A DNA stretch of 64,000 nt from a virus. Position 1 is the stretch's first letter, and each line of letters opens with the position of its first letter. The stretch is from positions 1-64,000 of IMG/VR virus record IMGVR_UViG_3300025326_000023. One strand, 5' to 3'. The position numbers and the translations under genes are program-made. A model generated the notes under the pieces. It made no database searches. It was not told the DNA's origin and saw only the letters and a program-made list of their open reading frames with translations. Below, piece after piece: positions 46,072 to 57,200 of the stretch.

Positions 46072-47385
46072 TCACCGGTACCAGACTTTGGCGGCGCCGG
46101 GGCAGATGACTATCTTGCCGGTCTGCCGGTGGATCTGCTCGGCCAGCGCCGGGGACGACTCGAACATCACGCCGCAGCCCGAGCGGGCGAACTCCTGGGC
46201 CTTCCAGCCGGCCACATCGGTGCGCTGCTGGGCGGTGTCGGCCGGGTACATGGTGAGCCGGGCATAATTGATTCGCCAGCGGGCGAGCCACAGTTCCGTT
46301 TCGTGACGATGGGATTGTACACGAGAAGTGAGGATCAAGGCAAGAGGGTATGCGCGCACGGGGTAGCGGATGCGGGCGGCGGGGAGCCATTGGCGGTAGA
46401 GGTCCGGCTGATCGGTTTCCGAGACCAGGGGTTCTTCGCAGATTACGCCGTCCAGGTCCGAGCAGGCTCCGCCGGCGAACTGCATCATGTGGCAGGCGCC
46501 TTTGAGGCAGGAGTTGTTGAAGATATTCCACTCCAGGATATGGGGGCCTGGGACGTGGACTCCGTAGAGGTCCACGTGGCCGGGGTTGCGGCAGTAGACG
46601 GCGCAGCGCACCACCTGGTACTGTTTGAGCAGCGGGGCGGCGTGCCGCATGGCGATGCCGGAGAAGGTCGTGTCGTCCACCAGGGCCACTTTGTTTAGCG
46701 CGGTGGGCAGGGTCGCTTTGCGGCTGCCGGATCCCACGTCCACCAGGCCGCGGGCGAAGTCCAAACTGTAGAGGGGCAGGTGCAGCGTGGCGGCGATCTG
46801 GGCGGCGGGGATCAGGCCGCTGCGGGGGATGCCGATCACGGCCGAGAGGTCGGCGGGCAACTGGGCGATCAGGCGGGCGGTGTCGCGGGCCAGGTCGGCG
46901 GTGGTGATGAAATGCAGTTCGCGTTCGGGCCAGCGCGGCGGGGCGGGCCAGAGCGGCGGGGGCGTGGCCGGAGCGGGCGGGCGACGGTGCGGGCAGAACC
47001 AGCAGACGGGCAGGTCCAGGGCGGTCAGGCCGGTTTCGGGCGCGTCGCGGCGCGGCCGGTAGGATTCGGAACTGCGCGAGCCATTCGGGAAGAGCAGGTG
47101 GTTGGGGCCGGCCTTGGACGGCATTTTCACCACGCACTTGCCACTGGGCACCTGGGGGCTGGCGCAGGCGAAGACGGACGCGGCGCCCTGGCAGCCGCAA
47201 TCCAGCTTGGCCAGCGCTTCGCCAGCGCGGTCCAGGCATTCCAGGTCCAAGGGATTGGGCAGGTCTCGCCGCGCGGAGCGGCCTGGCGTACTGGCGCGGG
47301 CTGGCCGTGGGGCATGGCCCAGGGCATCGTGGGGGATCGGGATGCCGCGTTGGCGGCGGCGTTCGGCCCATTCGGCGCGGCCCAT
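46072..47385 (-). CDS. Phosphoribosyltransferase-HAD-like fusion (paralog 2) with Cys-rich N-terminus
   Basis: GIPRSG, LVDDTTFSG, SDLDG, LTSR, WK, MFES, GKIVICP. Confidence 0.75.
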   Translation of the reverse strand: MGRAEWAERRRQRGIPIPHDALGHAPRPARASTPGRSARRDLPNPLDLECLDRAGEALAKLDCGCQGAASVFACASPQVPSGKCVVKMPSKAGPNHLLFPNGSRSSESYRPRRDAPETGLTALDLPVCWFCPHRRPPAPATPPPLWPAPPRWPERELHFITTADLARDTARLIAQLPADLSAVIGIPRSGLIPAAQIAATLHLPLYSLDFARGLVDVGSGSRKATLPTALNKVALVDDTTFSGIAMRHAAPLLKQYQVVRCAVYCRNPGHVDLYGVHVPGPHILEWNIFNNSCLKGACHMMQFAGGACSDLDGVICEEPLVSETDQPDLYRQWLPAARIRYPVRAYPLALILTSRVQSHRHETELWLARWRINYARLTMYPADTAQQRTDVAGWKAQEFARSGCGVMFESSPALAEQIHRQTGKIVICPGAAKVWYR

Positions 47386-47433
47386 TTCGTCATTCCTTAG
47401 ACATTGCGCACTTCGGCCTTCGTCATGCGGAGT

Positions 47434-48969
47434 TTACGTCCCGGCCGGGCAATCGGTGCCGGTCACCAGCGTCTGATCCCATTCGGTGCCCAGGCAGAGC
47501 ACGCAGACGGCCTTGAAGGTGCCGGCCAGGTTGGTGCTCTGCTGGTAGACGTCGATCAGGACATCCTCGCATTCGGCGTTGAGGATGGTGGTCCAGTCGG
47601 CGGTGACGCACTGGCCGAGCACGCAGGCGGTGCCGCGTTTATACTGCACGGAGCAGCCGGTGATGCCGCCGCTGCCGTCCGTGCTTTCCGTGACCCGCAC
47701 GTCGGACACGAAGGTGCAATCCGTGAGCGTGATGATGGTCTCCTGTTCGGCGGAGTCGCAGATCCCGCCCCCGCAGCCCTGCAGGGCCACTTGTTTGACC
47801 ACCAGGGCCCAGATCGTGCAGTCGCTCTGGCCCACATTCATCAGCAGGCGGCTGACCAGATGGTGCTGGACCTGGACGATCTCCCACTGCCGTTCGGTTT
47901 CGTTCCAGGCCAATTCCACCCGGTCGTTGACGCAGCCGGCCAGCCGGTTGGGGTTATCGACGACGGTGGGTTGGGGGCTGATCTCCCAGGTACACACGTC
48001 CAGGGCCACGGTGTCGCGGATCTCGGCGGTTTCCTCGCTGCACAGTTTCGTGCGCAGGTAGGCTTCGGCGCGCATGGCGCGGGGGGCCACGGGCACCTTG
48101 AAGACGCATTCGCCCGGCATGGCCACGGCCATCACATCTTCCTGTTCGACATCAACCGCCAGGGCCCGGTTGGCCAGGTTGCAGAACGTCAGGTAGCAGA
48201 TGGTGGCGACCGGATCGCAATCGGGTTGGAGCGGGTCGACGTTTCGCAGCAGCACCAGGCCGCTGCCGGTCTCGCCGCAGTCGACGGTTTCATAGACGCG
48301 GACCCGGCGGGTCAGGCCGTAGGGCACGGCGGGGATCCAGGCGTTGTAGTCGCAGTTGTCGCGTTCCACGAGGAAGATTTCATCCACGACGGCGAACAGC
48401 CAGCAGAGCGGGTCGCTGACCCAGATCAGGCCCCGGTCGGGGTCGTCCTGGTGGGTCTCGCCGGGACTGCGGTGCTGGGGCTGGACGTAGCCGCCCTGGC
48501 CCAGCGGGATGCACATGGTAGCCCGCACCCAGAAGCGCTGGGAGCAGTTGTCGTAGCGGGTCACCCGTTCGGTCTGGGAGAGGGCGTCGTAGTCGCCGTC
48601 GGCGATGAAGCCGCAGAGCCGCGGCCAGAGGTAGAACGAGCCGGCCATGATCCCCAGGGGCAGCCCGGCGGCCACGGGGTAAGCCACCAGGGCCAGCATG
48701 GGCGAATCCTTGGTGCCCGGCTTGCCGTAATCGCCCGACGGGATCGGGCAGGGGCCGTTGATGACCCAGGCGCAGGGCTCGTTCTGGAGCGGCACGCTGA
48801 CGTGCAGCACGGTGCGGCCGTCCTGGGGTGTCTGAACGCCGTCCTTTTCGGGGCGTTCGGAGTCCAGCACCTGGCAGGCGCCGAAGGCCGGGATGGTCTC
48901 GCTACCGACGTTTTTCAGTTCGATCCAGCGCTGTTGGCGGGCCGGGGCGCGAGGATCTTGGGGGATCAT
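47434..48969 (-). CDS. Cys-rich tail/virion protein
   Basis: 511 aa, beta-rich and unusually Cys-rich; in the tail operon. Confidence 0.55.
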   Translation of the reverse strand: MIPQDPRAPARQQRWIELKNVGSETIPAFGACQVLDSERPEKDGVQTPQDGRTVLHVSVPLQNEPCAWVINGPCPIPSGDYGKPGTKDSPMLALVAYPVAAGLPLGIMAGSFYLWPRLCGFIADGDYDALSQTERVTRYDNCSQRFWVRATMCIPLGQGGYVQPQHRSPGETHQDDPDRGLIWVSDPLCWLFAVVDEIFLVERDNCDYNAWIPAVPYGLTRRVRVYETVDCGETGSGLVLLRNVDPLQPDCDPVATICYLTFCNLANRALAVDVEQEDVMAVAMPGECVFKVPVAPRAMRAEAYLRTKLCSEETAEIRDTVALDVCTWEISPQPTVVDNPNRLAGCVNDRVELAWNETERQWEIVQVQHHLVSRLLMNVGQSDCTIWALVVKQVALQGCGGGICDSAEQETIITLTDCTFVSDVRVTESTDGSGGITGCSVQYKRGTACVLGQCVTADWTTILNAECEDVLIDVYQQSTNLAGTFKAVCVLCLGTEWDQTLVTGTDCPAGT

Positions 48970-48977
48970 GGTTGGTC

Positions 48978-50468
48978 CTAGCGGGTGGGGGTGTAGTGGT
49001 GCGTGCCGCGGGTGATGGGGGGCAGTCCGCGGCCCAGCCGGTAGCGCAGCCAGGCGATGTTGCCGGTGAGGGCCATCGGCAGGGTGCCGCTGTAGATGAT
49101 ATCGGCCGTTTCGGCGATCTTATCCCAATGGTCTTTCCAGGCGTCCAGGTAGATATCGGCTTCTTCTTTAATGGTTTCTGTATTTGTGCGTACTTCGCCG
49201 GCTTTGCAGCCGACATAGGGCGTGATCTTGTACTCCCAGAGTTCGGGGTGGACCATTTCCTGCTCGCCGCCGCCCACCATCCGCTCGCGGCTGAAGGTTT
49301 TGCGGACCCAGGCCCCGTTCGGTTCGCGCAGCCGGAAGCCGGTGAACAGGTGCAGCGTGGGGGAACCGGCGCAGGGGGCCAGCCGGAAGACCGGGTAATC
49401 GAAGACAATCATCCGGTTCTCTTTGTCGATCGTGAAGTTGCCGGGCAAGTCGATGCACTCGCTGGTGTTATAGGGATGATCGCCGTAGGGCCAGTATTCG
49501 GCCCGCACGAAGGCGGGCTGCAGACCGGGGGGCGTATCGGCGGTGCCCGGCTCTTTCAGCTCTACCAGGTAGTCGTCCAGTTCGTACTGCCAGAGGCTGG
49601 AGACGCCGCCGTAGCCGGAGACGTTGCCGGGCACGACCTGGAAACAGCGGAAGACGGTGCGGGCGGCCAGGTGCCGCTTGTCGGGATCGACGTGGGCGAA
49701 GAAAAACGGATGCTCGTTTTCCCAGCCGCCGCTGGGCGTGTAGCTCAGGTAGGGGATCGACTTCCACTGGCCGTCGCTGTCCAGGCCGACCGGGTTCAGC
49801 AGCAGCTTGTCCTGGAACCAGGTCGGGCCGCAGGCCAGCACCAGGCGGCTGGGCCCGCGTTCGGCGGTGAGGCGGTAATCGGGCACCGTGCCGTGCAGGA
49901 TGGTGGGGTCGGGCAGTTCGTCGCCCTGCCCGGTCTGGTAGATCTTGTAGCTGTCGTCGGCGGCCCGGCAGACGTGGGCGGGGTAGAGGGCGCACAGTTG
50001 CTCGAAGGCTTCCACCACCGGCGTCTCGTCCCAGTCGGCGGACGGATAGACGTCGGCCTGGAGGTAGTTGCTGTCGGGCTCGCCGACTTCTTGGAGCAGG
50101 ATATTGAACAGTTCCTGCAGGGTCTGCTGGCTGGACGGCTCGATGGTATTGTCGCGCAGGCGGTGGTTGTAGCGGCCCGAGACGGTCATCCGTTCCCAGG
50201 TTTTGCGGCGGTCCCAGAGCAGCACCGAGTATTCGCGGTGGTCGCTGACGGTGTACTCGGTGCGGATGGTGGAGAGGTCCGGGACGCAGCCGCCGAAGCG
50301 GACGGGCTGGGAGTTGGACTGCAGTTCCAGCAGGCCGGGCAGGAGCTGGAAGCTGGCCGCACGGGGCAGGCGCAGCCGGCAAGTGCCGGGGCGGGGGCCG
50401 CGGGGCACGATCATGTCGACCCCCACCACGGGCAGGCCGGCGTAGTTGACGATTTGGGGGAACGTCAT
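48978..50468 (-). CDS. Tail/baseplate-hub-like protein
   Basis: 496 aa; position downstream of tube-associated genes. Confidence 0.5.
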   Translation of the reverse strand: MTFPQIVNYAGLPVVGVDMIVPRGPRPGTCRLRLPRAASFQLLPGLLELQSNSQPVRFGGCVPDLSTIRTEYTVSDHREYSVLLWDRRKTWERMTVSGRYNHRLRDNTIEPSSQQTLQELFNILLQEVGEPDSNYLQADVYPSADWDETPVVEAFEQLCALYPAHVCRAADDSYKIYQTGQGDELPDPTILHGTVPDYRLTAERGPSRLVLACGPTWFQDKLLLNPVGLDSDGQWKSIPYLSYTPSGGWENEHPFFFAHVDPDKRHLAARTVFRCFQVVPGNVSGYGGVSSLWQYELDDYLVELKEPGTADTPPGLQPAFVRAEYWPYGDHPYNTSECIDLPGNFTIDKENRMIVFDYPVFRLAPCAGSPTLHLFTGFRLREPNGAWVRKTFSRERMVGGGEQEMVHPELWEYKITPYVGCKAGEVRTNTETIKEEADIYLDAWKDHWDKIAETADIIYSGTLPMALTGNIAWLRYRLGRGLPPITRGTHHYTPTR

Positions 50469-50489
50469 TTGTCAGCAAGCGAGCGAAAA

Positions 50490-50597
50490 CGAGGAATGAA
50501 GAATGAGGAATTAAGAATGAACAATGACGAACTTCTTTCGTCCTTCGTCATTCTTCATTCTTTCGTCATTGGGATTTCGTCATTCGTCATTTCTCAT
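50490..50597. repeat. Inverted pair of AATGAnn heptamer tracts
   Basis: gaggaatgaagaatgaggaattaagaatgaacaatgacgaa followed by the inverse tract. Confidence 0.85.
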
Positions 50598-51232
50598 CCC
50601 TTGATGTCGGCCAGCACGTAGCAGTCGTTGACCTGGCCGATCACGGCCGTTGCGCCGGCGGCGTCATTGATGGTGAGGTTGATGCGGATCTGCAGCTTGG
50701 ACCCCGCCACCAGGGAGCCGGCGTTCAGGGTAAACGTTTTGGCAGCCGCGGTCAGCGAGTTGATGGTCGTCGCGCCGGTCGAGCAGATGTCGGCACTGAC
50801 CGTGCCGTCGCCGTCGTCCGGGTAGGCCTCGACGTCGATGGTGGCCGTGGTATCCGCCACGGTGGTGACCATCTTGCAGTTCAGCACGATCTGCACGGTT
50901 TCGGCGGCCACGTACTCTTCGGGCAGCCGGAACGTGGTCAGGGCATAGTGGGCCGTGGCCCCGCCGTTGGATTTGGAGTCGATGGTCTGCAGTCGCAGGG
51001 AGTCGGTGCCGACGCTGCCTCGCACCAAGCCCAGCTTGCTGGAGGCGGCCGTGCCGACCATGGCCGGGGTGGCCTCGTCGGTGCGGAAGAGTTGCAGGGG
51101 CAGGTCGTATTTGGCCAGGTCGTCCTGGGTCAGCGCGGCCCGCGGCCAGGAGCCGCTGTAGGAGGTGGGGATGGCCAGGGTGCCACAGGTCAGGGTTCCG
51201 GCGGTAGTCAGGGATTCGGTTAAACTTGCCAT
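50594..51232 (-). CDS. Thr/Ala-rich beta-sandwich virion protein
   Basis: 212 aa; AGGAG RBS. Confidence 0.6.
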   Translation of the reverse strand: MASLTESLTTAGTLTCGTLAIPTSYSGSWPRAALTQDDLAKYDLPLQLFRTDEATPAMVGTAASSKLGLVRGSVGTDSLRLQTIDSKSNGGATAHYALTTFRLPEEYVAAETVQIVLNCKMVTTVADTTATIDVEAYPDDGDGTVSADICSTGATTINSLTAAAKTFTLNAGSLVAGSKLQIRINLTINDAAGATAVIGQVNDCYVLADIKG

Positions 51233-51259
51233 AAGGGTAACTCCTGTGCGGAGGGATTG

Positions 51260-53065
51260 TCAGGAAAGGGGATCGGTTGTTCTGTTGATAGCGTAACCAA
51301 AGTCGCGTTTGAGTTGTTCCAAGGCGCCGGGAACGCCTGCCAGCGCTCGCTTCCGCGTAAACGCCTCGGTGCCCCAGGTAGCAAACAATCGCGCTGCGAT
51401 GAGTGATTTTTCGTCCGCCGAAATAGCAGGATTTGTCAGCGTATTGACATCCGACATGGCGGCGCTGAGGGCTTTGCTTGGCCTGCCCTGGTAGGCATAT
51501 CTGACTCGCGCCATGGCGTCCATCAGCAAGGATTGCCCTTGGGGCGTTTCCATCAACTGCCGGCCGGTCATCGGGCGGGGAGGATTCGCGGCCAGCAACT
51601 GGGCCGCCTCTTGCTTGGTTTGCGCGATCAGCGAGACAACCTCCGGGGACTGCATCAGCTTCCTTTTGGGAAGAGGTATCCCGCCGCTCTGATCGCGCCA
51701 GAGGGCCTGAGCGGTGGCAGGCAATTTCGCGAGTCCCCGGCGGCGCAGGGCCATGCCGACGGGCAGGCCGACGCCGCCGGCCAACAGCAGGGCGCCCAAG
51801 GCGCGTTGCCGGTTGCCCTCTTCGCCCTCCGGGGCGGTGCCCGCGAGGGTGGCGCCGAGCGGGGCGGGCAGTAACGATAGCAAGGGTTGGCCTTTGGTTT
51901 GGACGTCGCGTTTCAGAGCGTCGGGAATCTTGAATCCCCAGACGCGGGAGCTGTAACCTTGCTCTTTGGATCCTTCGCGGATGAGTATCTTGCGGCTTTC
52001 GGCGATCTCAGCGGGCGCGCGACCGGCTGGATTTCGCGCCAGTGTCCGCAGATCTCGCCGCGTCTGTTCGCCCATGGCGCTGGGCAGCGGTTCGATTGGA
52101 AATTCGCTGAACACACGGCCTTCTACATCTCGGGTTCCGGCGTGATATCCGAGCAGCTTTCTGAAGCCGCCACGCCGCAACGTTTCCAGGTCGATTTTGC
52201 CTTTCTGGTAGGCGTCCAGCAGTTGCTGCTTGGTGATTTCCGGGGCGTTCGCGAATTGCTTGCCGAGCACCCATTCGATTTCCTGGGGATGGGCCTTGCC
52301 TTGCAGATAGTCCAGCAATTCATCGTGGGGGGTCTGGCCGGGCCGAGTGACTTTACGGAACTCCTGCTGGGGGATGTCCTTGATCACTTCGCCGGTTTCC
52401 CGGTTGGTGATAGTTTTGGCTGGAATGATTTTGGTAGTCGCCACTTCGGGCCGTCCGGCAAAACGTTCTGGGGCGTTTTGCAAAGCCCGTTCGAGGCGGC
52501 TATAGAAAGCCGGTGGCGGCTGCGTTCCGGTGGCGGCCGAGGCGGGCGGGCGTGGGCCTCCTGGTAGCGGCACTTGCAGCGTGCCGGCCTCTTCGCGCAC
52601 GACTCGTTTCAGGCTGGGCGCCAGGGCGCGGGCGCCGGCGGCGGCGCCGCGGGCCAGGCCGGGCAGGGCCGGCAGCAGGGGGGCGGCCATCAGGCCGTAG
52701 CCCAGCCCGCGCAAGGCGGGCGACAGGTCGTCCTCGCCGGCCAGCGCCGCGCCGGCGGTGCCCAAGCCGGCCGCCGTGCCCACGGCAGCGGCGGTTTTGG
52801 CGACGGGGGCCAGGCGGGCGGCCAGCGACAGGCCCTTGGCCCCGCCCGAAATCGCACGGGAGGCGGGGCCTACGAAGGGGAGCCAAGTCAGGGGATCGGT
52901 GGCCATGGCCACAGCCGTGTTGCCCAGGAAGCCCAGGTCGCGGCCGGCGAGTTCTTGGGGCGAGACGCGCTGGCCGGGGCGCCCTTTGAGCAGGCCCCGG
53001 AACAGCGCGCCGGGAGTGTCTACCGCGTAGCCCAGGCCGCTGAGGAGATCTTCGAGCAATGGCAT
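51260..53065 (-). CDS. Internal virion / polyvalent-protein-like
   Basis: MATDPLTW N-terminal motif similar to the 15378 gene; FYSRLERAL and IPDALKRDVQ.KGQPL motifs. Confidence 0.55.
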   Translation of the reverse strand: MPLLEDLLSGLGYAVDTPGALFRGLLKGRPGQRVSPQELAGRDLGFLGNTAVAMATDPLTWLPFVGPASRAISGGAKGLSLAARLAPVAKTAAAVGTAAGLGTAGAALAGEDDLSPALRGLGYGLMAAPLLPALPGLARGAAAGARALAPSLKRVVREEAGTLQVPLPGGPRPPASAATGTQPPPAFYSRLERALQNAPERFAGRPEVATTKIIPAKTITNRETGEVIKDIPQQEFRKVTRPGQTPHDELLDYLQGKAHPQEIEWVLGKQFANAPEITKQQLLDAYQKGKIDLETLRRGGFRKLLGYHAGTRDVEGRVFSEFPIEPLPSAMGEQTRRDLRTLARNPAGRAPAEIAESRKILIREGSKEQGYSSRVWGFKIPDALKRDVQTKGQPLLSLLPAPLGATLAGTAPEGEEGNRQRALGALLLAGGVGLPVGMALRRRGLAKLPATAQALWRDQSGGIPLPKRKLMQSPEVVSLIAQTKQEAAQLLAANPPRPMTGRQLMETPQGQSLLMDAMARVRYAYQGRPSKALSAAMSDVNTLTNPAISADEKSLIAARLFATWGTEAFTRKRALAGVPGALEQLKRDFGYAINRTTDPLS

Positions 53066-53532
53066 GGCAGGAAGCTCCGAGGTCAGGAATGACGGAATTC
53101 CAATGGCGAATGACTAAAGAAGGCCGAAGCATACATCCGTGACCACCGTGCTCAACTTTCTGCCGCGTTGCCCCACCCCAGGGCCGGTTGCGGCGGCAGA
53201 GGACCCAGGAACATGGAGCCAGGCGCCAATTCGTAAACCGGGGCATCTGGGTCTGGAGGAACATTGAAAATGTTCTCGAAGGTTACCTTCCGCGTCTTCG
53301 CGTCATACACCAGAAAAAACCCCCATTCCCATTCTGCGAGCCCGTCGTCCGCCTTCCACGCAAGACCCGGGACCCCTGGCACCGGCGGGTCGAGCTGCAC
53401 GCCAGAACCAGCGGGTGCGCGCGACTCTGGCTCCGAACCAGGCGTTGTGCCGGAGTCGCAGTCCGGTTGACCGTTTTCGTCCTTCGTCATTCGACATTCC
53501 TTAGACATTGGGTGTTTAGACATTCGTCATTC

Positions 53533-54291
53533 TTACGGTGGCGTCAGTAGCCAGGGGATAGGCGACTCGAACACGTATTCCCATTCCCAGGGGTAGTAAG
53601 CGCCCTGGACCGCGACGGGGCTGCCCCAGACCCAGTTGGTCCAGCGTTTCGGTTTGCCGGGGATATCCACGCGCCGTTCCATGTGTTCGTACTGGGAGGG
53701 CAGGATGGGCACGGCGCCGGCCAGGTAGTAGCCGGCGAAGCCGATCGAGGCGCCCGACTGGATGATCCACTGGGTGCTGGCCGGGTAGACGGAGTAGAAG
53801 AGCGTGTTGACCAGCGTCTTGTGCGAGACCCACTGGGGCCCGCAGTTGCCCACGTGGCGGATGGTTTCGGTATAGGCCACGATCTGGGATTCGGGATCCG
53901 CCACAATCGACTCCAGCACGACCTGGATATCCCGTTTGGTGACGTACTCTTCCCGCTCGCCGGTGGGCATGATCGGGCCCTTGGCGATGTAGGGGGGGAC
54001 GATCACGTTCGGGCCGCTGGCGGGCATGTAGTTTTTGGTGGTGGTGCCGTCGGGGCAGAACAGGCCGAATTCGCGGCCGTTGAAAGCGTAGGCGTCGCAG
54101 ATGGCTTTCTCGCGGGCCTTGATCTCTTCCCAGTCTTCGCCCAGGGCCCGGATCAGCAATTCGGCGCGCAGCACGGAGTAGTCGCGGGCGCCCCGGTCGG
54201 TCATGTGCGGCAGCTTCTCGAACGAGAAGCCGATCACCTCACCGTCCAGGTGCTGGAACGAGCCGTATTTGTAGACCATCAAGTCGGGCAT
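53533..54291 (-). CDS. Tail-associated protein
   Basis: MPDLMVYKYG; TGATG-coupled to the upstream gene. Confidence 0.6.
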   Translation of the reverse strand: MPDLMVYKYGSFQHLDGEVIGFSFEKLPHMTDRGARDYSVLRAELLIRALGEDWEEIKAREKAICDAYAFNGREFGLFCPDGTTTKNYMPASGPNVIVPPYIAKGPIMPTGEREEYVTKRDIQVVLESIVADPESQIVAYTETIRHVGNCGPQWVSHKTLVNTLFYSVYPASTQWIIQSGASIGFAGYYLAGAVPILPSQYEHMERRVDIPGKPKRWTNWVWGSPVAVQGAYYPWEWEYVFESPIPWLLTPP

Positions 54292-57200
54292 CAGTATTGC
54301 TTCGATTCCAAGTCGGATTCGATGCTTTCCACACGGAGCCGGACGCGCTGCAGTTCGTCGGCCATGCGGGAGAGCAGGTGCGCGATGGCTTTGTTGGTAT
54401 CGCGGACTTCCACAGCGAACTTTCGATCGGCGTCCTCTTCGGCGCCGGGGGTAGGGGGCAGGATCATCACGCCGCCGCGGACGGGCGGGGTGCCGGTCCG
54501 GGAGTCGTCCGCCCCGGAGAACTCGAACCACGATTTGGGAATGTACCGGCCTCGGGCGGCGAGTTGTTCTTCACGGGCCTGCTGGTCGCGGCGGGCGTTC
54601 TCCTGAACCCGAAGCATGGCCGCCTGGTATTTCTCGTCGGGGGTCGGTTCGCGGGCGGGCGGGCTGCCGGGGGGCTGGACATAGACGTCGGACACTTGCG
54701 TTTCGGCCATCCCTGCCGGCGCGCCGGGAGGCGGTGCAGGGCGGGGTGGGCCGGGAGACTCGCGTCTGACGGGTGGAGACTCGCGTCTGACGGGGGCCCG
54801 ATCTGGAGCGCCGGCTGGAGTGCCGGCTGGAGTGCGGCTCGGTTCGGCGGGGACGGTCGGCAGGGCTTCGAGCTGGCTTTGGCGCAGGCGATTCAAGAGG
54901 TGGCCCAGCAGACCGTCGGAAGATTGGCCGTAGACGTCCGAGGGCTGGACTTCCGTCGCATCGGGGGGCGGTGGGGGCGGGGAAGCAGGCGGGAGAGCCT
55001 CGCCCAACGGGGCGGGACCAGCGTCCAACGCCGGGGCGGCAGCCGGCGGCCGTTCCGGGCGGTCGGGAGGGCCAGGACGGGACGATGGGATGGGCGGTTT
55101 GGCTGGTAGTGGTCGGGCCGCGGCTGCGGGCTGGACGGGCTGGACGGGGCGTGCCGATTCCAGCGCGGGGGTGGGCAATCGGGTTGGCTGGGCTGGCGGA
55201 GCGGGCGGAGCGGGGGGCGGTAGGGTTGGGGCCGCGGCCGGTGCAGCGGGCTGGTCCCAATCGGCGCGGGCGGGCAGGGTCACCGTCACCGGGTCAGCGG
55301 GGCGGGGAGGCGAGGCCGGGAGACCCGCGCCCACCGCCGCGTCCAACGCACGTTCGGAATCCGTGCGCGGCGCGGGGGCGGGGGCGGGGGGAACAGGGAT
55401 GTCCGGGCGGGGCGCGGGCGGGGTCGGGAGACCCGCGCCTAACGGCGCGAAACCAGCATCTAACGCTGGCGCAGGTTTCGGACTGGCGGCCATCGCCGGG
55501 GGTGGCGGGAACAGATCCGCGCTGAACGTGAGCGTCTCGCCGCGAGCGTCTGAGGCTGGTTTGGGATTGGGCGCGGGTTCTGTCGTGGCAGGTGGCGGGG
55601 GAGTCGGCGGTGGAGCAGGTGGTGGAGCAGGTGGGGCAGGTGGCGGGGGCAAAGGCGACGCGAACTGTTCGTTTAGGAAAGTGGACCAGTATTCCCGGTT
55701 GGGGTCCGGCGGCGGGGCAGGGGGAGTTTGGGAAGCAATTGGAGCCGGCGGGGCAGGTGGAGCCGGTGAAGCAGGAGCGGGCGCAGCGAGCGTGCGGCCG
55801 GTGGCCAGCGTGGTCAACAGGTCGTCGCTGGCAATGTCTGGACCCGGCTGCAACGCGGGCATGGGCACGTCGGGCGCGCGGGGGATCGGCGGAGGTGTGG
55901 ACGATATGACGGTCGTGAAGTCCGGCTGGCGGAAGGGGAGCGGAGCTGCGGCGGGGGCTGGGGGATTGACGGCCGGTGGCAATTCCGGCCGGATGGCCGC
56001 CTGCAATGGCGTGGCAGGGCGCTGAGATTGGGCCGGCGGGGCGGCGGGTTGCGGGGGGCTAGGGGTCTTCGTGAAGCGGACGGCCGGGCGCGGTTCGGGC
56101 GTCAGGAAGTGGTCCGATGACAGCACGTAGCGGACGGAGTCCTGTGACGGCGCAGAGGTTTGCGGCGTCGCTTCTGCGGCACTGGCGGGGGAGGTGGTTG
56201 GCACCGAGCGCAGATCGGGCGCTGGGTGTCTGGCGGGTCCCGAATCGCTGGGTGGGATAGCGGTCGCCTGGGCCTGGGTGGCGAAAGTGATGGGCGGTTC
56301 AGGCGCCAAACGATCGGCGCCGTCCCCGGTCACGGGCACGGTGCCGGAACTCTTGCCACGCATGGTGGCTGAGATTGGTTCTGGGCGGGTCGGGGTAGTC
56401 CCAACAAGCGCGTCGGGGATTGCCTTTGGGAGGGGAGGCAGTATGGCGTGGCTGGTGGGCGGGGTCGGGAGACCCGCGCCCAACTCGCTTTGGAGACCCG
56501 CGCCCAACGGCGGTGGCGGGGCCGGCGCGGAATCGGAAGCCGACGACGGGGCGTCGGGGGGTCGCTCCCAGGGGCCGGCGAATGCGGACAGGGAGAGCGG
56601 CGCGAGCGGCGGCGCGGGGGTGTCCAACACGGCCCAGATGACACGCGAGGTGACTGGTTCACTCGGCAGTGAAACGGGCGGAATGGGTGAACCTGGCTGG
56701 GGTGCTGTGGCGGGCGGGGTCGGGAGACCCGCGCCCAACGGGCGCTCAAAACCAGCGCCCAACGCGGGGGCGGGCTGGGCCGGGAGACCGTCGAGTTCCG
56801 GGGCTAGCGCGGGCTCGGGTCCCTCGCCGATCTGCACGGGTGGCAACAGCGTGGCCGTCCAGGTCGGCAGCGTTGCCGGTTCGGGCCGGGGCTGGTCGGC
56901 GCCCGGCACCATCCAACTCGGCAGGGGCGGGTAGCCCTCGCGAAACAGGGCGGGGTGGACCCAATCGTCGCTGGACGGGGTGGGGGGCGTGGGTGCGGTG
57001 GCCGGGGTGGGTGAGGCTGTTTGAGGTTGGACGATGCGCGGCTGGGGCGGTGGCTGTGAAGGCGTTGGTGATGGGGGTGCTGGCGGACTGCTGGCCAGCG
57101 GGGCAGGCGGCTGAATAGCAGATCGGCGCGGCAGGGGTGGCGGGGTGGACGGGGCCGCGGGCGGGGTCGGGAGACCCGCGCCCAACTGGCGCTCGGGGCC

